The notes: a model not told the origin generated them from the sequence alone. Shown: positions 1 through 13,800, numbered from the whole stretch's first letter. The stretch: DNA of 63,821 nucleotides, filler included, from Rhabdomonas costata (GCA_019059605.1; 28 parts of 28 records of this genome joined end to end with filler, not necessarily neighbours in it), one strand, 5' to 3'. Translations and numbers: made by a program.

Positions 1-2
1 GT

Positions 3-335
3 TGGGGGGTCCCTCTGCAATCCTCCGAGCACAATTGCCCCGGCTGTGGTCGTCTTGTGGATGTTCTAGGTGACCACTATCTTACATGCGAACTGCTGGG
101 TCGTTACGCCCGTCACAACACCGTGCGGGACGCTGTGGACCGGGGCAGTTCCCTGATGGTGGACATCTCTGTGGTGGACCCGCTGCAGGTTGCCTCTTCG
201 TACATGGCGCAGGAAGTAGGGGTCATTGCGACAGCACCCACAACGTACCCAACGCACCCATTAAACAGCAGACCACAGCAGCACGACAGCAAGATGTCCG
301 AACAAAGCACCTCATGGTTTCTGTTCGTACCTTGA
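3..335 (+). mobile_element. Remnant of the C-terminus of an RLE-type (CRE/SLACS-like) non-LTR retrotransposon
   Basis: Frame from nt 3 reads GVPLQSSEHNCPGCGRLVDVLGDHYLTC (CCHC knuckle), then RHNTVRD, then DRGSSLMVDISVVDP and WFLFVP, in the order expected for the restriction-like endonuclease. The PD catalytic segment appears deleted. Confidence 0.7.
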
Positions 336-2185
336 GGGGTCAGCCAAAATTTAAAATATAAGCATTCAATTTACTCCCCTCGTGGTGCCCAAGGGTATGC
401 TATAGCCCGGATGATCTTTGCACAGCCCCACGAGATCCCTTATGTTGGTTCAAAAGGAGAAACGTTAAAAAGTACAAAGACCTCCAGTATATGTGTTGAA
501 GCCGGTTCCAAACATTTGGCTGTCCAATGGGAATAGGTTTAAGGACTATAGACATTGGGTAAGAGTTTTGCTATTGCGTTTGCGTATTTTGCGTTTCAGA
601 GAAATGAAAAGGGTTTTAGGGTTGCAGCTTTTTGAGATAGATGTATGGGAACGATTAGAACTTAGAACTTATTCAATTATTATCTCAAGTCATGACGGCT
701 TCGTTCACATTCGTTCACGACATAAAAGTGAAAAAAAAGGGGAAGTTTTCAGGAGATTTGGTGCATCAGTTTACCTTGTGAACGCCTTCTGAAGAAGTTC
801 ATCATTTCCAGGGTTCTTTCCTCCTTGAAATTTGTGGTGACTTCCCCGCGCTTCTCAACGGTACCATACTGCAGCTTCATACAAGCATCACTTTAAATGA
901 ACATCTCCATTTCAGACCGTCGGCATGAAGTGACGGGTGGCATCACCCTCTCATCAGCGTTAAACTTCTTTTAATATCATCACTGCATCGGTGGAGACGA
1001 GGCAGAAGATCCGTCGGCAAGGGGATGGACGACGAACTCTCGTCCACACTTGCCTCCTAGTACAGTATGAGCGAGTGCATACCCGCGCATTCATAGGTCA
1101 TGCGGCAGAGTTCTCGATTGATATCAGGTGCAGCCCATCAATTACCCCCCCATAATCCATATTGTGGTATCACGCACATTGCGCCTTTGCGCGGTGTTTT
1201 TTTTTTGGCGCGTTTACGGTCCTGCTGTTCTGCGGGCATTGGGGTGAGGTGCGCCGTGCCCACCCACACACACATACACGTTGCGCCTGGGACGGAGTGC
1301 TTGACACCTGAAAGTGTGTCCAAATTTCTATTGCGGTGGTTGCGGTTCCAGCCTTTCACTTTCTCTCCAGCAAAGGCCTCAAACCGCAAAAAGAAACGTC
1401 CCCAGTGAAACAACAAACCTGTACATGAAGCAAAGTTGCGACATGCACGGACGGTTTCTGTTTCTTGGTCCACGCGCAAAAAGAAATCTAATCTTTGCTT
1501 GCTCCTCGATGTCTGCCTGGCTGTTTCCCGTGGCTTTCATGCTCTCACTTTGTCACCTATACGCGTCTGCGGGATTCTCTTCTTCCACGGTGTGCGTGTG
1601 GCTGTGAGGGGAGTGTGTGGTTTTGTCGGGCCTATGCTTTTCTTTTTGACCCTGGCGTTGGAGGCCTTCCGGCCTCCATTCGTCAGGCGGTGCGTTTCTT
1701 GCGTCGGCGGACGTGAGTAGGTTTCAGTGCGGAGGTCGGGCGGGGTAAAGGGGTGACCGTATTTTGTATAGTTCTTGTGTGTGGAAACAGAAACCAACTG
1801 CGCCTGACGCTCTTCACTGTTGCTGTCATGTGCAGGTTTGTTTCGCTGAAGGTTTTCTTGTCTTCGCGCGCGCTCGCGTGTGTGGAAACTCGAAAACAAT
1901 CACACTTCAGAAAGAATTTCATTTAAATAACACAAGAAGAGAAGAAAAAAGTCCCCTAGACACGGCAAAACTCTGAAAAGTCTCCCTGTCTTTTTTTTAT
2001 GGGTTACTGCTCGTGGATGGTGAGCTAAAAACTCACTGTGTTGCTCTCCTCAGTTTCCCTGGTGCAATAATACTGAATAATACTGGTCACTGAAAAGCGG
2101 CACAGGCACAAGAGTTCGGGAAGAGTGCAACACCAAAAAAACAAACAATTTACAGGAAGGGGCGCGAGATAAACCACAAAACCAC

Positions 2186-2285
2186 NNNNNNNNNNNNNNN
2201 NNNNNNNNNNNNNNNNNNNNNNNNNNNNNTTAATTAATTAANNNNNNNNNNNNNNNNNNNNNNNNNNNNNNNNNNNNNNNNNNNN
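2186..2285. other. Artificial contig linker N44-TTAATTAATTAA-N44 (first of 27, recurring about every 2.28 kb up to 61543-61642)
   Basis: Identical 100-bp unit with stops in all six frames; the intervening contigs are nearly all 2178-2185 bp, consistent with length-sorted concatenation. Confidence 0.99.
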
Positions 2286-4599
2286 GGTTTTGGGGACAAC
2301 AACTCAAAGAGGGATTTCTATAACGTAGAGCAACCTGTGGTGGATGCGTGGATCCCCTCGGTGCGCAGCAGAAGTGCCAGAGGTACCGAAGTCACAGGAG
2401 CGCTATGTGGGAGACATGAGTGGGGGCTCTCTCAGAAGGGAAGTCCAGCGCTCACTAAAGGAAGGAGAAGGGACGATAGAGAGGGTCCGGGGTGGGATGG
2501 CGAGGGAGTCCTGTCCTCCCCCGCCTTCCCCCTGAGCAGTCCCAACGGGCCTGCTCCCCCACACAGGGTCTTCGTGCTGACTCCTGAAGTGCCCGGCCTC
2601 CCCCGTCGCACCCCTACCTCGGCCGGTGGCCCGCCGGCTAGACCCGTTTCCCTTTCTTGTCCCATTTTTTTGGCAGCCCCGATTTTGGGCCTTTCACGGT
2701 GACTTTCACGGCACTCTGTATAACCGGAGCTGGCCTTTTTTCTTCACGGACTTTTGGAAGAAGAATTTTTGGAGTTGTAGAGCTACTGTACAGCACCTGG
2801 GCAGCACCATGTTGATATAGTGCCACAGCACAGGTTAGACCAACTGGCTCATTGTCAACGAACAATATATAACGTTGCCACCAACTGCACAAAAAACAGC
2901 AGACCACCTGCAGGCCCGCCGCACATCAAAGGCAAACTCCGGCCTTCGAGCAGTCAGAGATCCTGGGTCTTAAACGACGAGAGTGATTTTTGAAGAAAGA
3001 GTTCCCTGTTAACTGAGCCCAAATGGGCAGAGGTATGGGGCTGATATTGATGTGTTGCTGGATATGGACTCATCTTTGTGCCTATGACATCAAATCGTCA
3101 AACAGTGCATAAGACGAAACAAAGTGATAAGCGCCATGTACAGTTCTTTATTGGCAAATGTGTTCCTCAGAAAAACCGACCGACAATAACTTACAGGGAG
3201 GAAGGCAGGGATGGATGACGTGGTGAAGATCAGAATCTAGCTGCACAGCAACGACAGAGAGGTGGGCGGAGTGAGACTAAAGTCGGACGACGGAAAAGGT
3301 TGGGAAGAAGGATTGAAGGAGGATGGCCTTTGTGCCTATCATAAACGGGAAGCAAGGTGATAGTTAACAGTGCAGGCGAAGCACTGTGTTGTTTACCACT
3401 TGCTTGGTGCTCATATGTGGCCAGGATCCATCTTGCTTTTTGTTTAGGGGGGGGGAGGTCACAGGATGCTTGCTACGCTACGTGGATGCGAGTGAATCAG
3501 GAGATCCTCTCTGCGTGCGCACTATAAGCCGGGGCTCTTTTCGTGGGATGCGTTAGTTTATCGGCGAGGTGCAGCACTTCCTAGAATCGGTGCAGAGGTC
3601 CGTGTAGGCGAGTTGCTTGTTGATTTCCAGCATGGCGTGACATCAACAGTCTGGACCAGACGCTCGCTGTGGCTCCCCACGTTTGCCCCCCACCCTCACC
3701 CCGATTGTGCTGTGTTCTCTTCAGTGTGTGAGAGGAATCCCTCCCAGCGGCCTGCTGGCGTTCAGCTGAGGAGTTTAGGTGTATATTTCCCCTTTTTGAG
3801 GCGAAGCGTAAGAAAAGGGGTGCATGAGTTAGTGAGATGTGTGTGGGTTGTTTCTTAATTTTATCAGTCCCGAGGGAGCACTGTTTTGATGGACTTCCGC
3901 ACGCAAACACACCAGAAACAACGAAAGCACGACAATTGGGGCTTATGAATACCAGGCAATGGACATATACACTACTCTACCTCTACTCTACCACTTACCA
4001 CTGCGAAACCAATAGTAAGGTAATGCAATAGAATTTGCTGGTTAGGGGGCGATGCATGTGTCCCTTGGGACTGCAATAGCTTTTGTAGAGGATTAGATTT
4101 GAAGGTTTCCGGGAGCATTCCCCGATGTTCAGGATGCTCAACCACCTCGCCCTGATCTCGGTTCGGTTGTTATCCCGGATTAGTTCAGGTGCCAGCCTAC
4201 CATATGCTAGGGGTTTTATTCTCAACAGCAAGTCACGGCACTGCGACACAGGCAGGAGTTCTTGAAGCGCACCACCAGTTGTACTCTTGACTTTATCGAC
4301 GGGTCGGGGCTGCACTGTTGATCCTCCACTATTAAACGTTTAACGGTGTTAAATAGCAAAAGTCAAATTTTGGAAGACGCCCCCAGGCACGTCCCCGCCT
4401 CATCTGTCCGCACAGGCCGAGCCGCCGCGGAAGAATTTCCGCCCTTAAACTGATATGGTCACAACCACCNNNNNNNNNNNNNNNNNNNNNNNNNNNNNNN
4501 NNNNNNNNNNNNNTTAATTAATTAANNNNNNNNNNNNNNNNNNNNNNNNNNNNNNNNNNNNNNNNNNNNGTGGTGGGTGTGGTTGGGTGTGGGGGGCGG

Positions 4600-6319
4600 C
4601 GCGGCGGCTGGGGTGGTCTGGCCGGCGATGGGCTGACCCTTGAGGTTGAGCGCCTCGCAAAGACGCATCATCAGCGCCTCCATAGGCTTGGAGTTCCGCA
4701 CAAATGTCTGCCCACCGTCGCCAGAGCCGTACACCTTTTTATGATTGGAGGGAAAGAAGGCACAGGGAATGCGTGGCTGGATGGGGAGGGCCACCCCTCT
4801 CCGCTGAAATCACACACATACACACACATTTTTTCACGAAAAAAATTTCAGATCCAGAAATACCGGGAAATATAGAAAATAGCAACTCCTTGGTCGCACA
4901 CCTCACACCATAAAGGCGCAGAAGACGTGGAATGAACAAGGAAAGGGGTTGGTGTGTGTGCTCCTGTCATGTGGGAGATGGATCCCCGTCCTCTTCAGCC
5001 CTCCATGGAGCTACGGCAGAGTGCGAGAAGAGAGTCTTTTTTTTTTGGCGATGGTGGCACTTCATTCAGAGTGCCCCAGCAGATGTGCAGACCTGAGAAA
5101 CACAGCGCCGTCGCTTAAACCCACAGGGTGATAGAGAGGCAGTGTGTGATGGTTGCACGACAATCCCCCCCATCTCCCCCAGCCCTCACCAAGACAGCCG
5201 CGTGGGTACACACCAAGCAGTCCGGGGTGAGCTGGAGGTGGGTACTGACCCACAGGGTGTGCCCGAGGTACCGCACCTTCATGCACAGCGGGACGTGCAG
5301 CCGCAGCACCCCGGCCCCCAGCACGGCACTCACCGCTCGGCACTCGTGCGACAGCACCTATGCAACGCCCACACCAGCATAACCTTCTGACTCCTGTTGA
5401 TGGGCATATCCTAATCGCTAAAGATCTCTGAGGAGGTAAAGCCACCCAAAGTGACCAAGGACAGCGCGGGAAACTGTTTTGGGGAGTATATCGACCCGTC
5501 GACCCACTGGCAACGTGCGCGCGCAGAATTTTTTTCTTGGATAGAACCAAAGAGAAAATTCGTCTTGGCATTTCTTGATCGAAGAGCACAGAGAAAAGCG
5601 TAAAAAGGGAAGACAGTAAGGGGGAGCAGTGGGCGGGATGTGTGTCTCTGCGTGTGTGGGGAGGGCAGCACCTTGGCGGCGTTTTCCCGCGAGCCCACGC
5701 GGCGGATCGTATCCGCTGAGGTGGCAAAGCGGAAGCTCACCCCGCCGTAGAGAAACACGTCCTCCTGGCCAGGCACGGGCGCCAGCTTGATCGTTGCGCA
5801 GCGGCATCGCTGCTGCGTCAGCCGAGCAGCCAGCGGCACCACAGCATCACTGCCACCCCGTGCCACCCCCACACGATGCGTGTGTGCCACATGACCTGAC
5901 TGTTTTCATTGAAACCCGAATTCGCCCAACTCCTGTCCTCTTCTCACCGGGCGTGCGGTTTACCAATACGTACGGATGGATTCCTTCCTACTTAATACCA
6001 CAGTCTTTGTCTTGCTTGTCTTTCCGAACTGTATAAGAGGTGAACAAAGCGGACGGCGTGTTTGGATGCATGTGAACAGTGATTGCAGTTTATGCAGTTT
6101 AAAAGCAATTAAAGAAAGGTTGAGCAACATTTCCCCAAAGGCGAAGTGCAACACGCCACCACACCGGAACGCCGCAAAGGCGTTGCCGATGACCTCCCAC
6201 CGCTGCAGAGCCTTCTGCGGGGTGTCGACGGCCATCGCCAGCGCGCCCTGCAGCTGATGGTGCAGGCCCTGGGTGGCCACCCACACTTCGTGCTCTCGCG
6301 GCCCCGCGCTCTCAGGCCG
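4600..6319 (-). CDS. Clu-domain protein, partial, 4 exons
   Basis: Exons ~6319-6160, ~5895-5672, 5357-5214, 4734-~4600 joined by GT-AG introns give YGGVSFRF...ENAAK|VLSHE...HVPLCMKVRYLGHTLW...CL|VYGSGDGGQTF...ALNLKG, matching Clu-domain motifs (AxKxxxHE, VPL, YGSxDGG, LNL). Confidence 0.75.
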
Positions 6320-7321
6320 CTGCACACAAAAAGACACAAACTGCAAGAGGAAAACCTTGGGAAGGAGGCACAAGCGCGCTGGCCTTTGGGCTGCGAGGGT
6401 CCGGATAGCAGGATCATGCGAAGCCACGACAAGTGTTGTGCATGAGTGGCGACTTAGATGCCCGGTCATACATTTATAAGAAAACAGTCCCCCAAAGGCC
6501 CATATTATAAAGTCAAAATAATGGGCTGCTGATGATTGCAACCTTCCTGACTGCTGACAGTTGATTATCATCTGCGCTTCGGCCCCCGCCTGTGCCAAAA
6601 ATGCGTAGATGTTGGTTAGTAGTCAGGGTGCTTCTCTCTCCAGTCTGATGTGCGTGAGTTGACCTCTCCGCTTCCTCCGGTACTGGGGGCATCTGGGTCG
6701 TTGACTTCGTTTCAGGGATTACCCCCCTTGCCCTTGCCCTTGCCAACCCAACCNNNNNNNNNNNNNNNNNNNNNNNNNNNNNNNNNNNNNNNNNNNNTTA
6801 ATTAATTAANNNNNNNNNNNNNNNNNNNNNNNNNNNNNNNNNNNNNNNNNNNNGGGGTACAAATCGGGGGGCACAGGGTCCGAAGGAAGCGGCCGGAGGC
6901 ACAGGGAAGGGCAAAGCCGCTCTTCAATCCCGGCGGGCGCTGAGGAGCACAATGCAAACAGGAAAAAGGGCCCCAGCAAGTAAGTCCGGGACAAAGTGCC
7001 CCAGGTGTGCAATGCCAAGCCCTTTGGGGCAAAGGATTCCTGCCCACCGGGGTATGGTGGGACCGGCGCGGTTATTTCAACGCCAAAGTTGCTCCTTTTT
7101 GCTCCTTGGCTGTGGAACTGTGTGCCCCCTTTTGGTGCTTACCGTTTTGGTTGTCCCCGATTTCGTCTTTTTCAAGGCCCTTCCGGCCCGAATGAGCTAG
7201 AGAGAAGGGGAACCACGGGGCAAAGCCCCAAGAAATTTGGGTTTTCTTTTATATTTTTGTGCGTTCTAAATAGGTGTGTGGGTGGGTGGATTTCGTCCTG
7301 AAACCAAACTATATATAGCAC

Positions 7322-7499
7322 GTTACCTCTTAAACTCAGAACACGTGCTTTTTAGCCTGAGTAGCATGAAAACGTTTAAACGTTTTAACGTTTAAAACAT
7401 ATCGTATGCATACACACAAGCCTAGCGGCATTTTAAAGCGTTCCCAGGACTTCAATTGGAAACTCGTAACATACTAAATTCTGAGTTTCGGGATGTAAC
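7322..7499. mobile_element. MITE-like element, ~178 bp
   Basis: Imperfect terminal inverted repeats GTTACCTCTTAAACTCAGAA / TTCTGAGTTTCGGGATGTAAC around an AT-rich non-coding interior. Confidence 0.5.
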
Positions 7500-10128
7500 T
7501 TACCTTATTTACCTTATTTTCATTCTTAATCTTTCTTTGGGGTCACCCCTCCCCCAAATCCTCTAAGGAGATGTGCCGTTTACCCGCCGAGGATAATCTG
7601 GACATCCGGGTCACCGGACCGCATATAAGCCACCCCTGCATGTATCAACATTCCGGGCGCGAAAACGCGACCACAAAACGCCTCAGACGAGACAACCCGG
7701 AAGGTACGGGGTGACCCACCAGGGGTAAACGGAACCATCGGTACAACGAAACCCCAAGAGTGGCAGGAGCACCTAAGTGGAGCAACATGACCAATAATAC
7801 TGACTCATGCTGCTAGGGGGAGTGTAGGTAACCGTGGCAGCGGTGAAGCGAACATGGAGACAAATTGGGTTTAGAAGGGGGTTTTATTGTCCCCGAAGTT
7901 TAATTTAGGGCCCAAATTAGCAATGCGCCAACGTACCTGAAACCAAACCCAAGCTAAATTGCTGAGATATGACGATGTTACTTTCTTATGGGACCAGCAG
8001 CGGTGAGGCCCATTTTGCCGTCAGGGAGACGAACTCCTTTTGGGCAAGCGCCACCAAAAGCAAGACATCGTTCAAAGAAAGAACATGGCCTCCATTCTGA
8101 GTCTTCCTCAAATCATGTCGCGTGTGTTGGGCCCACGTGGGACAAACAACCGATACAAGATTCGAACACGATCACAACGGTACATACAACCACTGCAGGG
8201 ATCAACAAAATAAATTCCTCTCAGTAGAAATCAAACATGCATATACAAGCGCGCGTGCACAAACACACACACACAAATTATTTCGGGGCTGCGGGCGGGA
8301 AACCATTACATCATCGCTTGGGGCGTGCGGCTGCCCTTCCCGCGTTGCACCGAGGCAGCTCCGCGCCTTGGGCAGCCTTGGGGACCCCTGTGGTGCGGCG
8401 GAACCTTTGGCGGAACTGCTTCATCCAGAACTCGGGCTGGTCCTGGATCGGGTCGGGCTCAGCCGGGTTGTGCCAAGGAGTATGGCCAAACGGAAACGGC
8501 ACCTACCCCCATGGAAGCGAAAGCATCAGACTCTCACACATCAACACAGTCCAGAAACAAGCCTTCTATTGCCACAGCGAACTTTTGAACTTTTCGCGCG
8601 TAATCACCGCAAATCTAATTCGCATCCCCGCCCGGATAACCGGCACTTCGGAATGGTAAAAACCCTTGTTGTGCCGATGTTTTCCTTCCAAGTGTAGCCT
8701 CTCAGCTGCAGCAGGCTGACATAGAGACAGGCTGACAAAGAGATGAGAGTAAATGGTAACTGGAGTTTAGTTATAAAAAGTTACGTTGGTTTTATTGATG
8801 ATTTGATTCCTTTCATCACCAATTTCGCTTTATCTTTCTTTGTGAGTGCATTTCTGCTCCCAAACCACTGAAAACGTATATCCCGAGACATTAGCGTGCA
8901 CTGAAATCCTGAACGAAGTAGACACATGCCGGACGAGAAGCGAAGGTCTGCATGGCGTGGTCGTAATCCAGCATGTGCAGCTTTCTTTCGAAGCACCACT
9001 TCCAGTACAGGTTGTCCGTGGCCATCTCAACCACCACNNNNNNNNNNNNNNNNNNNNNNNNNNNNNNNNNNNNNNNNNNNNTTAATTAATTAANNNNNNN
9101 NNNNNNNNNNNNNNNNNNNNNNNNNNNNNNNNNNNNNGGTTGTTTGTTGCATCTCCAGCTTGTCGGCGCAGTACCTTCCTTCTCTCTGGAAGAGGCAAAG
9201 CAAGGGGACAGACGGTCGGAGAGAGAGAGGGAAGGTACTGCGCCGACAAGCTGGAGATGCAACAAACGAAAAAAAAACAAGTGAGGATGCAACAGCTGCA
9301 GAAAGGGGACGGAGAGGTCAGCGGTGGTGCAAAGCTCACAAATTGCGAAAAAGGTTCGAAACTTCCGCATGGACAAAAAACCGTAAGGAAAAGGAGGCAT
9401 GCGTGCTTCTTGTTCCTCAAAGGCAGAGGGTAATAAATAATGGCGTCGCACCACGGTTTGGAAAGGGTCATTAAAAATGTGGTGTCGCCTCCAAGCCCCC
9501 CACCCTGAAATTGGTTTGAATTCCATTCCCGGAATTAGGTGGTTGCGCTATTTAGAGATCAAAATGCGCGGGGCAGATGAGTCTCTTCAACTTCCGAGGG
9601 AAAGGCGGCGACATCTTATCACCTCGCGATTTTCAATTTGCTGCGTAAAAGAGAGCAGACACTCGGGTCATTACTCACCCCCCACTAGTGGTGAAACTGG
9701 TGGTTAAATCACCATTGAGCGGTAAAAGCAACGCAAGAAAGGCATCTGCAATACCGTCCAACATGAGTCCGCTGAAACAGGAGGAGCTCAAGTGGGACGC
9801 TGGGAAGCAACAAAAACCGCAGAGAGGCACTCGTGGTGAGGAAGAGAGATGGGGGTGGGGTGGCGAAGGAAAGAACCACGCGAGGCTGCACAGAAGGTTA
9901 CATTCACATTCAATTCACTGCAACACGACACACAAACAGGGGCAGGGGTAGGGGGAAAAGTGGGTGGTTCCGGGTCTGAAGGCATGGAGAAGAATGGCAA
10001 AGGGGACATGAAGCAGTCGGGTATCTCACAAAAAGTTGCAGGACAACACGAAGACAGTCGAAGCCCATCGGCATTGGGATGTTCCGCTGCTGCTGCGTGA
10101 AGGGAACACAGCGATGCAGCGCACAGCC

Positions 10129-10889
10129 TTAGTCCTGCTGCCGCTTGTGAATCCACTTGCTCTGCTCGGCGACGATGCCTGCATCAAAAGGCGCAAGACA
10201 ACACAGGCGGAAAGAAAGGATCCCACGGGCCAATATCACACCTTTCGGGAGCAAGATGAGCGATCCACTATCATTCCACCGGAAGAGACTCATTAGCCCC
10301 TAAGCCCTGACCTTAAAAAAAATCAAGTGGCCCTCCCGGGAAACATGCATACAACCACACTTTGAACCACAACGGGTCTCCAGGTGCGTTATCTTCTCCG
10401 TGAGGAACCCGTCCGTCCGTCCGTCCGTCCGTCTGTCTGTCCGTCTGTCTGTCTTTCTGTTTTTTTGTCTGTCTGGCTGCCCGCCTGCAGAAGGACAAGG
10501 TCTCAGCGAGAGCGCACACACAGGAAGGCGAACGCACGCAAGGCAATGCTTTGGAAGCGCAAAGAGAGTTTTTTCCAATACGCTGGCTATATGTGACGTC
10601 TGAAGGGGGGGGGGCGGTACGAGGTATGAAAAACCAACCGAAACCCTCATCACAGGCCGCACCAGCACAATTTTGCATCAGGTCACATTTCCTACTTGAT
10701 GCAAACATGATGTCCTGTACCAGCCAGGGCGGCGCACGCATGGATGCATGCCTTGATTGCAGTATCCCGTTGGCGTCCCCTTGTGGTGAACGAAGACCTT
10801 CTGGTTGGTCGTCTTGAAACGCCCAGTGACGTCCCGAGTACCTCCAGTGATGGGATTCTCTGACGCCGCCTTCGGCTTCTTCACTTCCA
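10129..10889 (-). CDS. Last two exons of a small hypothetical protein
   Basis: Exon 10889-10752 (EVKKPK...GRFKTTNQKVFVHHKGTPTGYCNQ) and exon 10178-10129 (GIVAEQSKWIHKRQQD*) are phase-compatible through a GC-AG intron. Confidence 0.55.
10408..10475. repeat. (CCGT)n/(CTGT)n microsatellite inside an intron
   Basis: Seen directly in the sequence. Confidence 0.9.
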
Positions 10890-13800
10890 CTACAACAAGG
10901 TTGCGGACAGGAGCAGCGTAAGGAAGAAATGGGAACAAATAACAATATCAACAATATCTGGTCAGAGGGGGCACAGACAGCAACTTTTGCTTTTCCGAGG
11001 CTGCCTACTAATCAGAATTAGAGTAGAGAGTGTAAATGACTAAAAGGCAGTGAACCCTTTACTTGCACAACCAATTACCCTATCAGAGCTCAAAAATCTG
11101 ACTGGACAGCAAAATAGGACAGCAAAAAGGAAATGCCACACGGAGATGATGAAAACTTCGGGTTGGACAATTTGAAATTTTGTGTTAAACAACCAACCAA
11201 CCACAGGGGCACTGTGCCAGCACCCACTTGATGATGTTATTTGCGGACAGGAGCAGCGTAAGGAAGAAATGGGAACAAATAACAATATCAACAATATCTG
11301 GTCAGAGGGGGCACAGANNNNNNNNNNNNNNNNNNNNNNNNNNNNNNNNNNNNNNNNNNNNTTAATTAATTAANNNNNNNNNNNNNNNNNNNNNNNNNNN
11401 NNNNNNNNNNNNNNNNNGTTGGGATCACATCTACCGGTTTTTCAGAGGCTAACCTCTGAAAAACCGGTAGATGTGATCCAAACCCAGCCATGCGGTCACA
11501 TACAGTAAAGCAGTGGGTTCCTTTGTGCTGGTGTGGAGTGTGGAATGCAGACCTTCAAAACTTTTCCTGAAATACCTGCGCTGCAGATAGATTTTATCTC
11601 AGTGGCTTATTATTGCAAAACTTCAGATGAACTCGTGGTGTCTTGCGTCCTGTTTAACGCCTTCGAAGCAACCAGAGCTGTTTGTCCGAGCATGGCCGGA
11701 AGCGCCTGTGCTCGGGTTGCAGCGTTTCTGAGCATGTGCAGAAAAACGGGTGACCCCACCCAAATACGATTCTCTTCTTTTTTTTATTTGCGTCGTTTTG
11801 TGTGTTCAACCGCAATCTGGCGCAAAAAGGGGAAAGAGGAGGCCTGGGCCCTGGCGGAGGGCTTGCTTCGCCGCGTTTGGGTGCGGACGCCCAGTCAACC
11901 AGCGGCCGTTACGCCAGGGGCGATGAGCTTGGGGTGCCCCGCCTGTCTTGCGGACCGCCTTCCCTCCCTGCGACAGGCCCCCAACAATGGCATACGCCTC
12001 CCGCCCTCACCATGATTGACCACATGTCATGCATACTTCACGGACGGATGAACCTTTCTCTGATTGATGCAGAAAGGAAGGGTATCGTATTTTGTTGTGA
12101 ATGATGATCCGCAATTTCGGCGGCTTCTCTTGTGTTTTTTTAGAACTGGTAATCACCCAACGCCTCACCTCCACCCGTCGCGTCAAAAGATGAGTCTGTC
12201 CCAGGCCGCGGCTTTCACACGGTTACAGCTCCGACAACAACAGGTGTGCTGTGCCTCTCCATTTTCATCAAGCGCTCCGCGACACGACGGTAAATCTTGC
12301 CATAGGATCGTTCCAGTGCGGGTGCGCTGTGCTGCAGCTTCCCGGCTCAGACCCCACCATTGGGGCACTGTTGCGGCGGCTGGCCTGCGCGGCAGCAAGC
12401 TGTTCGGCATCCGGAGGATCTTCAGAGCCTGCTTTCGGAACCTCAGGGTGGGTCCCACTGTGTCTGCGTACCTTGGGCCCCCTGCTGCCGTTGGTGTCAA
12501 GCCAGGAGCTGTGCCGGGTACGCTCGGGCTCGCCTTGGCAGCGCATGTGTGAAAATCACTCTGAAGTTTGTATTACAAGGTTCAGCGCTGTGCTGGAAGT
12601 AGGCAATCAACTGGTTCAGGGTACCAGATGTCAAAGGGAGTCTGATGCGGACGGAAAACGCAGATTAAGGACGCAGCACACAAAAGCCGAAGAAGTGTTA
12701 GGTCTAAAGTATATTTTCGAAGGAGCGCAAGAGACGGCGCCGAAGGATGCTCTCCGTGGTTGGAAGATGGCCTGATGATCCTGAGAATGGCCTGAGAATG
12801 GCGAAGAGTTTAAATGCCAGATTGGGTGAGCGCAGGAGAATTGAAGGTCTTCCAATGAATCCTTGAATGAATCGCTGAGATTTGGTTGGGCCCTCCGCCT
12901 TCCAATGTAATCGCCCAAGAGTCGGGAAAAGTTTCGTTACCTTTGCATGAGGCAGAAAGACCTTCACGATGACCAGAGGAATACTGGTCAGCTACTGAAG
13001 GAAGGTGACGTTCACAGCGGAGCTGCACAGGTGCACCCTGAACTTAATCTTGTCGGTGTTGTACAGTGTGGATGGGTGTTGTACGGTGTGCATGCCATTG
13101 TTCAGGTGCTATCTTCGCTGGTAAGGTGTGCGCCACAGTGGAGTCCTGAGACTCGGGTAGCAACCTCAACTCTGTTGGCTCGGATCGGCTTCCTGGAGGG
13201 CGGAAGCCGAGAACAGGTCGGCTGCAGTCGCAACACGGGGATGTACCATTACTAATTACTGAGTGTAATCCTTTTTTGTTTTGCTGATGATGTTCTCCTT
13301 TGCTTTTTTTTCTCATCGTCGGTCATGGTCTAGGTGGAAGGACGACGAGCTACCATCTCGCAAACAGACTATCCATCGTGGGAATGGAAGAAAAGCTGCC
13401 CTACATTCTATTGCTTTCCTCTTGTGAAAAGGTCCGCGAGCTCAATGAGGTGCTGCGGGGGCTATGGGCAGAGCTACTGCGACCTCCGGCGCCCCACAGT
13501 GGGGGCTCCGGGGACAATCGATGCCCTGCTGGTCCCCTGTGTGTTGCCCAAGCTGCCCTTCAACACTTCTCCACGTTCGCCGCTCACGCCGACACACAAC
13601 NNNNNNNNNNNNNNNNNNNNNNNNNNNNNNNNNNNNNNNNNNNNTTAATTAATTAANNNNNNNNNNNNNNNNNNNNNNNNNNNNNNNNNNNNNNNNNNNN
13701 TGTGTGGTGGGGATAAGCTGGCGTTTCTGGAGTCGATCGAGGCACCTGTGCTTGCGTCGTGCTCTGGCTTCTTGAGTGTGGTGGCTCTTTGAAGGAGAGA

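Noticed and set aside
2230-2241. Regularly spaced TTAATTAATTAA as a CRISPR-like or biological repeat
   Set aside because: It is embedded in N runs and is an artificial linker.
4440-4460. ATCAGTTTAA on the minus strand resembling U2 snRNA
   Set aside because: There is no branch-point pairing region or other U2 context. No tRNA, rRNA or SL RNA gene was recognised anywhere in the window.
10901-11317. 77-bp exact direct repeat (10901-10977 and 11241-11317) as an LTR pair
   Set aside because: The second copy runs into the contig end, there are no TG..CA termini or retroelement ORF, and a chimera or local duplication is simpler.
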